A stretch of 64,000 bases of DNA from Sphingobacteriia bacterium (lineage in GTDB: Bacteria > Bacteroidota > Bacteroidia > Bacteroidales > UBA7960), in the NCBI GenBank assembly GCA_011390575.1, contig JAABSE010000007.1:2684-66683 (forward strand). Direction: 5' to 3'. This document shows, piece by piece, positions 34,643-43,971 of the stretch (position 1 is its first letter; every line of letters starts with the position of its first letter). The notes under the pieces are model-generated. The model saw nothing but the letters and a program-made list of their open reading frames with translations. It did not search any database and was not told the DNA's origin. Position numbers and translations under genes: made by a program.

Positions 34643-37048
34643 TTACTCAGATCTTAACGTGTCAACAGGATTCATCCGGGCGGTTTTCAGGGTGTGATAG
34701 CTGACGGTAACCATTGCAATCACTATGGCAGACAATGATGCTATAAGCAAGGGCAAAGGTGTCATGGTGATTCTGTAAATGAAACCATCGAGCCAGTTGT
34801 CAAGCAAAAACCATGAAACAGGAGCAGCAATGAGGATGGCTGTCAGAATCAATATGGCAAATTCCCGGATAAAAAGTGCCAGGATACCTCTTCCCGATGA
34901 GCCCAGGACTTTGCGTATACCTACTTCCCGACGTCTTTGTTCTGCCATGAATGAAGATAACCCAAACAATCCCAGGAAGGAAACAAGAATACAAACCAAA
35001 GCAAAAATACCAAATATAGCACCCAGTTTCTCTTCATACGAAAATGATTCAGAATAGCCTTGCCGGATAAACTGAATATTAGGCAATAAGTCAGGTTCTT
35101 CCCTGCGCAGATAGTCCTCAAGGTATTGAATCACCTCCTGGCTTTTCCCTTCAGCATGATGAATATTGAGATAGTTGTAACTTTCTTCTTCGTTGGGTAA
35201 TTGAAGCATCAGCGGAGTAACAGGGTTGTTGAGATTCAGGAAATTATGGTCCTGCATTATTCCTATTACCTTTAATTCTGTCTGAGGAATTCCATGCTGA
35301 TCAAACTGCCATTTGATAGTTTTTCCCAGGGCATTATCATGCCATCCAAAATATTTTGCTGCCGTCTGGTTGATGATGGCTGTATTTGCGTGATCGCCAG
35401 GGGTGTCTTCGTGGAAATTTCGTCCTTCGATGATCTGTATCTCAAAAAAGTCAATAAACTTTTCATCGACAATATTGGTAGTGATTTTGGCATCATAATT
35501 TCCGGCATCTGCTTCAGCGTGTACCGCAACGGTATTGAAGCCTCCACCAGGTATCGAACTTGATTTTGAGGTCGACAGGATATGAGGATTCTCTGCGATG
35601 TTGTCCTGTATTCGTTTGATTCTTTCGTTCCCGGGCTCTCCGTTTAGTATCAGTGCCAGGCGGTTCTCTAAAGAAATACCCTTGTCTTTATTGTCTAAAA
35701 AATCCAGTTGCTCTCTTACTGTCAGTGTTCCGGTAATCAGTATTACGGATATGGCAAACTGAAAAACCACCAGTATTTTTCTTAGCAAAGCCGAACCTCC
35801 TGTTTTATGATGTACAGGTTTTAAAATACGCGCCGGGTTCATTCGGCTCAGAATAAAAGATGGGTAGGCTCCGGCCATCAAACCGGTAATGGTAGTTATC
35901 ATAATTAACTGTAACAGAATATAAGGTTGAAGTACATCTGTTATTGTGAAAGCTTTATCCGTAAGGGTGTTGAATCCCGGCAGGACTATCTCGATCAAAA
36001 GCAGGGATAATAGTAAAGCCAGGAACGCCATCAGAAGAGACTCACAAAGAAATTGCCACAGTATTTGTGAGCTGGTGGCCCCTGCAGATTTTCTCACCCC
36101 AATTTCCTTTGCCCTGAGTGTGGTTCGGGCAGTGGCAAGGTTGGTGTAGTTTACCGCTGCAATAACCACCAGGAAAGCGGCAACAACCAGCAAAATCATC
36201 AGTGAGGTTTTGCTGGCTGCAGGGGGCGACATCTGTATGACCTTAAACCTTATGTCAGTCAGAGGCGTGCCTGTAAACGATGCTTTAGCTGACAAAAGCG
36301 ATCCGGAGGGTTCAATGTACTTTCTGTTAAAGTCATCCATGTTCTCCAGAATGCTTTCTATGGTTACATCATCATATAATTGCAGATAAGTATAGTTAAC
36401 CGATATGCTCCAGAAATAGTTGGGATGTATTGTATAGGCGTTTTCAAGGGTAGCAATGGAGATCAATCCGTCGAAAAGCAGGTGCGAATTCAGGGGTACA
36501 TCTTCAATGACAGCAGTGACTGTATAGTTCTCGTTGTTGATCCTGATAATTTCTCCTGTGGCTTGTGTAGTGCCGAAAAATTTGTTGCTGGCAGATGAGG
36601 TGAGCACAACGGTATTGGGTTGAGAAAGGGCTCCCCGGGGTTGTCCGGAGACAAATTTGTAAGTAAATACATCAAATACAGTAGAGTCAGTATAAAAAAA
36701 GTTGTTTTCGATAAAATCTGCCTCTTGTGTTCTTACAGATAGGTTTGGGGTATCATGAAACCTAACGTAGTTTTTCACTCCACTGAACTCTTCCTTTAAA
36801 GCGGGGGCAAGCGGTGGGGCTGTAATGGCAAAATGATCGGTGCTTCCCCCCAACGTGTAATGCCCCTCAATACGGTATATGTTTTGGTGATTCAGATGAT
36901 ATTTGTCGTAGGAGAGTTCATGATTGAGCAGCAAGGCTATCAATATGGCTCCTGTAATACCCACCGAAAGGCAGAAAATATTAATAGCAGCATATAATTT
37001 GCTGCGCATAATGTTTCGTAAGGTGGTAAGAATGTAGTTTTTAATCAT
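34643..37048 (-). CDS. FtsX/MacB-type ABC transporter permease (double FtsX domain)
   Basis: 801 aa. The N-terminal TM helix is followed by a large periplasmic domain and a 3-TM unit, and this pattern repeats, which is typical of Bacteroidota MacB-like permeases. Confidence 0.85.
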   Translation of the reverse strand: MIKNYILTTLRNIMRSKLYAAINIFCLSVGITGAILIALLLNHELSYDKYHLNHQNIYRIEGHYTLGGSTDHFAITAPPLAPALKEEFSGVKNYVRFHDTPNLSVRTQEADFIENNFFYTDSTVFDVFTYKFVSGQPRGALSQPNTVVLTSSASNKFFGTTQATGEIIRINNENYTVTAVIEDVPLNSHLLFDGLISIATLENAYTIHPNYFWSISVNYTYLQLYDDVTIESILENMDDFNRKYIEPSGSLLSAKASFTGTPLTDIRFKVIQMSPPAASKTSLMILLVVAAFLVVIAAVNYTNLATARTTLRAKEIGVRKSAGATSSQILWQFLCESLLMAFLALLLSLLLIEIVLPGFNTLTDKAFTITDVLQPYILLQLIMITTITGLMAGAYPSFILSRMNPARILKPVHHKTGGSALLRKILVVFQFAISVILITGTLTVREQLDFLDNKDKGISLENRLALILNGEPGNERIKRIQDNIAENPHILSTSKSSSIPGGGFNTVAVHAEADAGNYDAKITTNIVDEKFIDFFEIQIIEGRNFHEDTPGDHANTAIINQTAAKYFGWHDNALGKTIKWQFDQHGIPQTELKVIGIMQDHNFLNLNNPVTPLMLQLPNEEESYNYLNIHHAEGKSQEVIQYLEDYLRREEPDLLPNIQFIRQGYSESFSYEEKLGAIFGIFALVCILVSFLGLFGLSSFMAEQRRREVGIRKVLGSSGRGILALFIREFAILILTAILIAAPVSWFLLDNWLDGFIYRITMTPLPLLIASLSAIVIAMVTVSYHTLKTARMNPVDTLRSE

Positions 37049-37139
37049 TTTCTGAGAAGAAAAAGATCTGCAAAATCAGATCTTTTACCTTCGCCGGGGG
37101 TTGTCTGGAAGGAATGACAACCCCAGGCGAGGATAATAA

Positions 37140-37847
37140 TTATTGTTGTGATACAGATGTAAGGACAAACTCCGTGGTTTTGTCTTCTGTAACGATTTGT
37201 CCGTCAAAGAGCCTGATAATTCTCTGGGCATAAGAGGCGTCTCGCTGCGAGTGGGTAACCATAATAATGGTAGTACCGTTTTTATTGAGTTCCTCCAGAA
37301 GATTCATTACTTCATCCCCATGGGTGGAGTCAAGGTTACCTGTAGGCTCATCGGCAAGGATAATGTGGGGCTTGGCCACGACCGCTCTGCTCACGGCCAC
37401 CCTTTGCTGCTGACCTCCCGAAAGCTGCAGGGGAAAATGATTTTTGCGGTGCATGATTTGCATCTGGGTCAACACTTCTTCTACTCTTTTCTTTCTTTCA
37501 GACGAGCTGTATCCCAGGTATATCAATGGAAGCTCAACATTTTCATATACGCTAAGCTCATCTATAAGATTGAAATTCTGAAATACAAAGCCGATGTTCT
37601 TTTTTCTCAGGTTGGCTCTTTGTTTCTCCGAATAGGAGGATACCTCATTGTCAAGAAAGTGGTACTGGCCATTGGAGGGATTGTCCAGCAGCCCCAGGAT
37701 ATTGAGCAAAGTTGATTTTCCGCAGCCGGAAGGACCCATGATAGCTACGAACTCTCCTTCTTTGATTTCAAAAGAAACCTTGTTCAGAGCGGTAGTTTCT
37801 ACCTCCTCCGTACGAAAAACCTTGGTTAAATCTACAGTTTTAATCAT
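37140..37847 (-). CDS. ABC transporter ATP-binding protein (MacB/LolD-like)
   Basis: 235 aa with Walker A (GPSGCGKST), signature (LSGGQQQRV) and Walker B (ILADEPTGNLD). Confidence 0.95.
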   Translation of the reverse strand: MIKTVDLTKVFRTEEVETTALNKVSFEIKEGEFVAIMGPSGCGKSTLLNILGLLDNPSNGQYHFLDNEVSSYSEKQRANLRKKNIGFVFQNFNLIDELSVYENVELPLIYLGYSSSERKKRVEEVLTQMQIMHRKNHFPLQLSGGQQQRVAVSRAVVAKPHIILADEPTGNLDSTHGDEVMNLLEELNKNGTTIIMVTHSQRDASYAQRIIRLFDGQIVTEDKTTEFVLTSVSQQ

Positions 37848-37908
37848 GATATTGTTTTTTGTGTGAGAAAACTTTAAAGTAGTAAAAATTTATGGAATTC
37901 TGAATGCT

Positions 37909-39159
37909 TTATTTGAAAATCAATCTTTCTTTGTCACCAAACATATCATAAGAAGAAACAATGACCTGTTCGCCGGGCATTAATCCCTCCAGAACTTCGT
38001 AATGATGTATGTTTTGCCTTCCTATGCGTATGTTTCTTTTGGTTGCCTGCTCGCCCGACGGGTCGAGTACATATATCCAGTTGCCACCGGTTTCCTGGTA
38101 GAAGCCTCCGCGCGGAATTATTATGGCTTCAGCCACCCCGCTAAACTCAAGGCGCAGCTGCAAAGTCTGGCCTCTTCTTATTCCGTTGGGAACACTATCG
38201 GTAAAAAACAGATCCACCTCAAAGGCTCCTGCAGTAATATTGCTGTAAATCTTCTGAATTTCCAGCTGATAGTTTTGACCGGCGTAATCAAACTGTGCTT
38301 TTTGCCCAATAAATGTACGGTTTACGTATCGCTCATCGATGCGTGCCCTGAGTTTGAATCCATCCAGTACGTCTATCTGTCCCAGGTTTTCACCCGAATG
38401 CCGTGTTTCGCCAATCTCAGGATGAAAGGAGGAGAGTTGGCCTGTTATAGGTGCAGTGATGGTAAGATTTTTAAGGTTTTCGGTTAACACGTTCAGGTTG
38501 TCCTGCATACGATCGATCGATTCCCTGATTTGCACCATCTGGGTGTGGGTATACACAGAGTCATGCTGCATAGCCCGGTATGCGATGTCATATCGCTTAT
38601 TGGCTATTCTGAATTCCCGTTCAGTGTTTTCATATTCCTCATCGGAAATATGTCCCTTTTCAAAAAGCTCTTTTTTCCTGTTGTAGTCAGCGGTAGCTAT
38701 CTCTTTCTGGTATTCAAGATCTGCCATTTGCCGTTCCAGGGTAAACTTATTGCGTTCAAGGTTCAGCCGGGTGTTCTGGTAGTTGTTTAAAACCTCCAGT
38801 GCCTGGTTTTCCTGGAACATATAGTCTTTTTCAATGGTGGCATTGCTAAGGCGAAGAATGGGGTCTCCTTTATCTACCATGGCCCCGTCGCGGACAAATA
38901 TTTCTTCTACCCTTCCGCCAAAAACGGCATCCAGGTAAATGGTAACGATGGGCTGTACCACACCGTCAACAGGAATGAATTCCTGAAAATTTGACTGCTC
39001 GGCAGCAGCAATGCTGATTTTGTCTTTTTCTACATACAATCGACTGCTTCTGTCACGCAAAAAAAGCAGGTAAATGATAAAAATAAAAAGAACACCCATT
39101 GCCGCTATAGAGCCAATTTTGCGTGGAGTCCATTTTTTTTTCTTAATTATCTTATCCAT
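37909..39159 (-). CDS. HlyD-family periplasmic adaptor (membrane fusion protein)
   Basis: 416 aa with an N-terminal anchor, a lipoyl-like/beta-barrel segment and a central coiled-coil hairpin. It sits upstream of the ABC ATPase and permease on the same strand. Confidence 0.85.
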   Translation of the reverse strand: MDKIIKKKKWTPRKIGSIAAMGVLFIFIIYLLFLRDRSSRLYVEKDKISIAAAEQSNFQEFIPVDGVVQPIVTIYLDAVFGGRVEEIFVRDGAMVDKGDPILRLSNATIEKDYMFQENQALEVLNNYQNTRLNLERNKFTLERQMADLEYQKEIATADYNRKKELFEKGHISDEEYENTEREFRIANKRYDIAYRAMQHDSVYTHTQMVQIRESIDRMQDNLNVLTENLKNLTITAPITGQLSSFHPEIGETRHSGENLGQIDVLDGFKLRARIDERYVNRTFIGQKAQFDYAGQNYQLEIQKIYSNITAGAFEVDLFFTDSVPNGIRRGQTLQLRLEFSGVAEAIIIPRGGFYQETGGNWIYVLDPSGEQATKRNIRIGRQNIHHYEVLEGLMPGEQVIVSSYDMFGDKERLIFK

Positions 39160-39507
39160 ATCAATCGGGGAGTCTAAAATTTTACTTTTTTCTGCTTTTA
39201 AAAGCTAATTCTGTGCCATGAGTTTTTAGCCTCAGTAATACAGCGAGTTATGATTATTTTGATTCATTCCGGAAAGGATTACTGTTCGCTTTCGTTCACC
39301 GCTTGTATTAAAACCGAACAAGTAAAATATGTGTAAAATCAAGTAAATACTACGGCTTAAAAGCCCAATTAAATCTATAAATTTGTAAATTGCTAAAATT
39401 AATATTCCAAATGGGGTTCATCACAGTTTTTTTTGTGAACGCCTGGGTGGGTCAAACTGGCATGATTAATGATTTTTGGGGAGCAGTAGCACATTAACTA
39501 TAAACTG

Positions 39508-42500
39508 GTGGAAAAGGAAAGTCATAAAAACCGGATTATTCTGGGGTTGTCTCGCAGCCTGGTTATTAATGATGCTGTCATCATAAGAAAGGTCATTTCC
39601 GAAAATCTTAAGGAAATTGCAACCGTTTTTGAGGCTGACCGGGCCTTGATTTTTCTCACAGATCCGGGGTTTGCTGCTTTTTCAGTTGCCTTCGAGTGGC
39701 ATCAGGAGGGTCTTGCTTCTGTTCAGAGCAGTTTGAAACAACTCAACCTCCGGGATTATATGATTTGGGGGAAGTTTAGTACTCCTGAAGCCTGTTTCCA
39801 GATTGCCAATACCAATAATATCCCCGATAGTTACCCTTACGACAGCAAATTGTTTCGCGATACCGGTTGCCAGTCCTTTATTCAAAAAGCACTTTCTTTT
39901 GAAAGCAATAAAACCGGTTTTGTTGCATTGCTCAGCAGCAAGGCAGGGCAGAGCTGGAATTCGTCGCTGGAAGATTTCCTGGAAATAACATCCGAGTTGC
40001 TCAAAAACCTCATCATCAGGTTGCACACGCTTCAGGCTGCTGTACCTGCCAAAACTATATCTGTTTCCCAGAACTTCCTCCGGATGTCAGGCAAAACGGA
40101 AAAAGAGATTGAAGAGATTTTTGAAAAATTGTACGGAGGTCTTCACCATGGTGTCCTGGTTTTTGATGTCGCTTTGAAAGATTTTATATTCTCCAATAAT
40201 AAAGCTGCTGAATATTTGGGCTTTACCAGCAATCCCACATCGGTTAAAAATAGTGTTTTCGCTGTTTTTAAAAGTAACGAGTATGCCCCTCATGATTTTT
40301 TCTCTCCCGGCAAACTCCTTGAAGTAAAGGACTTTGCTTTCAGTCATCAGGGAAAATATTTGCAAGGAACGGTCAGCCCCGTGAAAAAGTCCAGTTGGGT
40401 AGTGATGAGTATTTCGGATATTACCCCTATTGCGAGGTATGAAAAAACGGAAAAGAATTTTAACAAACAACTCCGGATATTGAATGAGGCGGCCATAGAG
40501 CTTATCGTTTCCCACACATCTGAAAAAGAGATGTTTAAATTTATTGGGGAGACAGGATATTCGCTTTTTGAAAACTGTGTGGTTTTGGTGAATAAGTATA
40601 ACCGGGATGAAGGTTGCCTTCAAACTGTTTTCGCCAAAGGATTTGGAGATACCGTTGACCTTGTTGCCAGACTTATAGGTAAGCATCCCTTCAGTAAGAA
40701 TTATCCGCTGGAATATGGGGATGAGATGTATGAAGAAATTATTACCCTCAGAACAATAGAAGCAACCCAGGGTTTGCACCAACTTACTTTTGGAGTTATT
40801 GCAGAACCCATTACCCGCAAAATAGAAAAAGTGCTGAATGTAAATCGTTTCTTTTCCTGCGGATTGTATGCCGGGAAAAAACTTTATGGCACCATCTCTT
40901 TTTTGATGAGACCCGGTTCAGAAATCAATGGCTGGATTCTGGATGCATACGGGCGTATGGTTTCCAATGCGTTATACGGGCTTGATATGAGGACCAGGCT
41001 GACCAAAACCTCCAAAATGCTCTCAGATGCAGCAAGTCTGGCCAAAATAGCTTATTGGGAATATGATTTTAACAGCCATTCTTTCCGTTTTGGCAAGAGG
41101 CTAATGGAGAAACTTGAACCTGTCGTTTTGGAGGGAAACAGAAAGGATGTTGTCATGTCTCTCAATGATTTCCTTGCAAAATATACCCCTCATGAGGAAG
41201 CGGCAAAAATCAGAAATGTGTTGCAGGCGGCATCCCGGCATAAGAAGAATATAAGCTACGAAATGGAACTGGAGTTCAGGCTTGCCACCGCCGATCATAA
41301 AACTATGTTTGTTTTTACCCGGGGGGCCATACAGAAAGATGGTAAACTCATTGGAGTAGCCCAGGACATCAGTGAGATAAAAAAGGTGCAGCGCAATCTT
41401 ACAGAAAGTGAGCTTAAATTCGAAAATCTGGTTGAGCAATCCCTTGATGCGATTGTGGTTGTAAAAGATGATGGTACCATTACAGGGTGGAATCCCAGTG
41501 CTGAAAACATTACCGGACTTAGCGGTGAAAATGTTACAGGAAAATATGCATGGGAGGTCGAATCGAGCATGATTTTTACCCCGTCATTACAAAAACAACA
41601 TCCACAACAATCCCCGGACAAATTAAAAGAGCGGTTTTTCCAGTTTTTCAATTCAAGCAATGCAAGAGAGCCTTTTGTATCAGAGATAAGCATCAGGAAT
41701 CAATCCGGAAAGTTGGTTCATCTTTTTGTTACAAGCTTCGTGTTTACAGCCAATCAGAGTAAGTTCCTTTGCCGAATTTGCAAGGATATTACCCTGGAAA
41801 AGCTAAAGCAGGAGCAACAAAAGCAAGAGGAAATCCTGCAAAAAACAGCCAAAGCCAAAGAGCTGTTTCTCGACAATATGAGCCACGAAATGCGCACACC
41901 CCTGAGTGGAATCATTGGCATGACCGATATCCTGATGCATACACGCCTGAGCGACCAACAGGAGGAGATGCTGAAGGTGGTAAAAGAATCTTCTGACAGC
42001 TTGCTGGATCTTATCAGCAATATTCATGAGCTTTCCAGGCTGGAGACTGAGGGAATGACTATACGCAAAAAACCCTTCCACCTGGAAGTGATGATGGAAA
42101 AAACCATAAATATCTTCAAAGCGTCGGCTATTCAGAAAAGCATTCAGCTCAACATAGAGAATCAAATCGACTATAAGGAAATGTTTATGGGCGATGAGTT
42201 CAGGCTCAGGCAGGTAGTAAGCAATATGCTGGCCAATGCCATAAAATTCACCCTCCCGGGAGGAAAAGTGGACTTGATTGCAAAAGGAAAACTTATCGCG
42301 ACGAACGCCATGGAGGTCAAACTGGAAATCAGGGATACCGGTATTGGCGTGGAAAAAGAGAAAATACCCATTTTGTTCGAAAAGTTTACCCAGGCCGACG
42401 AATCGTATACCCGTGAATATGAAGGAGTAGGTATTGGATTGTCAATCAGCAGAGAACTCATAAGACTTATGGGGGGAGATATTGGGGTGGAGAGTGAACC

Positions 42501-42561
42501 GCGCAAAGGCTCTACCTTCTGGATCAAACTCACCCTTCCTTTGGCAAAGAAAACGGGTTAA
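39508..42561 (+). CDS. Cytoplasmic multi-sensor (GAF/PAS) histidine kinase without a receiver domain
   Basis: 1017 aa with a GTG start (uncertain). It has an H-box (MSHEMRTPLSGIIGM), N-box (NMLANAIKFT), G1 (RDTGIGV) and G2 (GVGIGLSIS). No TM helix is present. Confidence 0.85.
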   Translation: MEKESHKNRIILGLSRSLVINDAVIIRKVISENLKEIATVFEADRALIFLTDPGFAAFSVAFEWHQEGLASVQSSLKQLNLRDYMIWGKFSTPEACFQIANTNNIPDSYPYDSKLFRDTGCQSFIQKALSFESNKTGFVALLSSKAGQSWNSSLEDFLEITSELLKNLIIRLHTLQAAVPAKTISVSQNFLRMSGKTEKEIEEIFEKLYGGLHHGVLVFDVALKDFIFSNNKAAEYLGFTSNPTSVKNSVFAVFKSNEYAPHDFFSPGKLLEVKDFAFSHQGKYLQGTVSPVKKSSWVVMSISDITPIARYEKTEKNFNKQLRILNEAAIELIVSHTSEKEMFKFIGETGYSLFENCVVLVNKYNRDEGCLQTVFAKGFGDTVDLVARLIGKHPFSKNYPLEYGDEMYEEIITLRTIEATQGLHQLTFGVIAEPITRKIEKVLNVNRFFSCGLYAGKKLYGTISFLMRPGSEINGWILDAYGRMVSNALYGLDMRTRLTKTSKMLSDAASLAKIAYWEYDFNSHSFRFGKRLMEKLEPVVLEGNRKDVVMSLNDFLAKYTPHEEAAKIRNVLQAASRHKKNISYEMELEFRLATADHKTMFVFTRGAIQKDGKLIGVAQDISEIKKVQRNLTESELKFENLVEQSLDAIVVVKDDGTITGWNPSAENITGLSGENVTGKYAWEVESSMIFTPSLQKQHPQQSPDKLKERFFQFFNSSNAREPFVSEISIRNQSGKLVHLFVTSFVFTANQSKFLCRICKDITLEKLKQEQQKQEEILQKTAKAKELFLDNMSHEMRTPLSGIIGMTDILMHTRLSDQQEEMLKVVKESSDSLLDLISNIHELSRLETEGMTIRKKPFHLEVMMEKTINIFKASAIQKSIQLNIENQIDYKEMFMGDEFRLRQVVSNMLANAIKFTLPGGKVDLIAKGKLIATNAMEVKLEIRDTGIGVEKEKIPILFEKFTQADESYTREYEGVGIGLSISRELIRLMGGDIGVESEPRKGSTFWIKLTLPLAKKTG

Positions 42562-42619
42562 AACAACTATCCCAGTCCCCATCCCTGATTTTCTTGAGTA
42601 CCTTCATGCTATTGTTTGT

Positions 42620-42627
42620 TACCTTTG
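42620..42627 (+). promoter_or_regulatory. Candidate -7 box (TAnnTTTG) upstream of mazG
   Basis: TACCTTTG at 42620-42627, with a TTG at 42594-42596 (23-nt spacing), 104 nt upstream of the ATG. Motif match only. Confidence 0.3.
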
Positions 42628-42730
42628 CAAAAAGGATTCCCTGGTTTACTGCCGGGTAACAATTTAAGGCAGGAAATATAACATACTTCCTGAAAACAAA
42701 CGAAAATAACTCAGGTAAAATCTATTCCAC

Positions 42731-43534
42731 ATGACTGATCCGAGATTGAATGCTTTTGCAGACCTACTTACTATTATGGACGAACTCAGGGCCAAATGCC
42801 CCTGGGATAAAAAACAAACCCTTGAAAGTTTGCGGCATCTGACCATTGAAGAAACTTACGAACTTGGAGATGCTATACTCGACAACGACCTTCAGGAGAT
42901 TAAAAATGAACTGGGCGACTTGCTGCTGCATATCGTGTTTTATGCCAAAATAGGAGAAGAGAAAAAAGCTTTTGATATCAAGGATGTGATAGAGGGAATC
43001 AATAAGAAGCTTATCAATCGTCATCCGCATATATACGGAGATGTAAAGGTGGCCGACGATGAAGAGGTTAAGGAAAACTGGGAGAAAATAAAAATGAAGG
43101 AAGGTCGCAAGAAGGTATTGGCCGGGGTACCCCGTTCTTTGCCTGCCATGGTAAAAGCGTATCGAATTCAGGATAAGGTAAGGGGTGTGGGCTTTGACTG
43201 GGAAAAACCTCACCAGGTATGGGATAAGGTGCAGGAAGAACTCAATGAACTGAAACATGAGGTTGAAAACAACGGCTCGGCCACCAGGGTGGAGGAGGAG
43301 TTTGGAGATTTGCTCTTCGCCCTTATCAATTATGCCCGTTTCATTGATGTAAATCCGGAAAGTGCCCTGGAGCGCACCAACAAAAAGTTTGTCAGGCGGT
43401 TTGAATATCTTGAACAAAAAACGCAGGCGGCCAATAAGGATATGCACAGAATGTCGCTTGACGAAATGGATGTCTTCTGGAATGAAGCCAAACAAATGGA
43501 AACAAACTCCGAACTGATCAAAAAGAAAGAGTAG
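42731..43534 (+). CDS. mazG: Nucleoside triphosphate pyrophosphohydrolase MazG
   Basis: 267 aa with tandem MazG domains. The motifs are CPWDKKQT, EETYELGDA, ELGDLLLH, EELNELK and EFGDLLFAL. Confidence 0.9.
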   Translation: MTDPRLNAFADLLTIMDELRAKCPWDKKQTLESLRHLTIEETYELGDAILDNDLQEIKNELGDLLLHIVFYAKIGEEKKAFDIKDVIEGINKKLINRHPHIYGDVKVADDEEVKENWEKIKMKEGRKKVLAGVPRSLPAMVKAYRIQDKVRGVGFDWEKPHQVWDKVQEELNELKHEVENNGSATRVEEEFGDLLFALINYARFIDVNPESALERTNKKFVRRFEYLEQKTQAANKDMHRMSLDEMDVFWNEAKQMETNSELIKKKE

Positions 43535-43560
43535 CACGAGAATTATTTTTTCATCATGCT

Positions 43561-43952
43561 ATCTATTGCCGTCGTGCTTAGCCGACGGTTTAAAGCAGGC
43601 AGTAAAAAAAAGCGCTGTGCAAAAGCCATGAGAAGTGAACGGCATTTGAGGACAGCGCAATTACAACTTTAGGTTGATAGCCCTGAAAAGAAATATCTAT
43701 TGCCGTCGTGCCTTAGCCGACGGTTTAAAGCAGGCAGTAAAAAATGCGCTGTGAAAAAGCCATGAGAGATGAAGGGCATTTTATGAAGGCGCAATTATAA
43801 CTTTAGGTTGATGGCCCTGGAAAAAGAAATATCTATTGCCGTCGTGCTTTAGCCGACGGTTTAAAGCAGGTAGTAAAAAAATGCGCTGTGAAGAAGCCAT
43901 GAGAATTGAACGGCATTTGAGGACAGCGCAATTACCACTCTGGGTTGATAGC
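43561..43952 (-). repeat. Three tandem direct repeats of ~122-136 bp. On the minus strand each carries a terminator-like hairpin plus T-run and a second short hairpin.
   Basis: The units span 43561-43694, 43695-43830 and 43831-~43952, at roughly 90% identity by eye. The long hairpins are at 43612-43658, 43746-43792 and 43883-43929, each followed on the minus strand by a run of 6-8 T. The short hairpin CCGTCG-N8/9-CGACGG sits at the start of each unit. Confidence 0.9.
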
Positions 43953-43971
43953 AAATGGGACTTTTATTTAC

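Noticed and set aside
42764-43537. A 257-aa ORF on the minus strand that completely overlaps mazG
   Set aside because: This is a shadow ORF. Its product is low-complexity and rich in F, L and I, with no recognisable motifs, whereas the plus-strand frame has all the MazG motifs. A stop-free antisense frame is expected opposite E/K-rich coding sequence.
43561-43952. The tandem repeats considered as a CRISPR array or as peptide-coding mini-genes
   Set aside because: The units are ~135 bp long and directly abutting, with no unique spacers, and no cas genes are present. The short ATG-initiated frames inside the units differ in length and stop position between copies (13, 12 and 31 codons).
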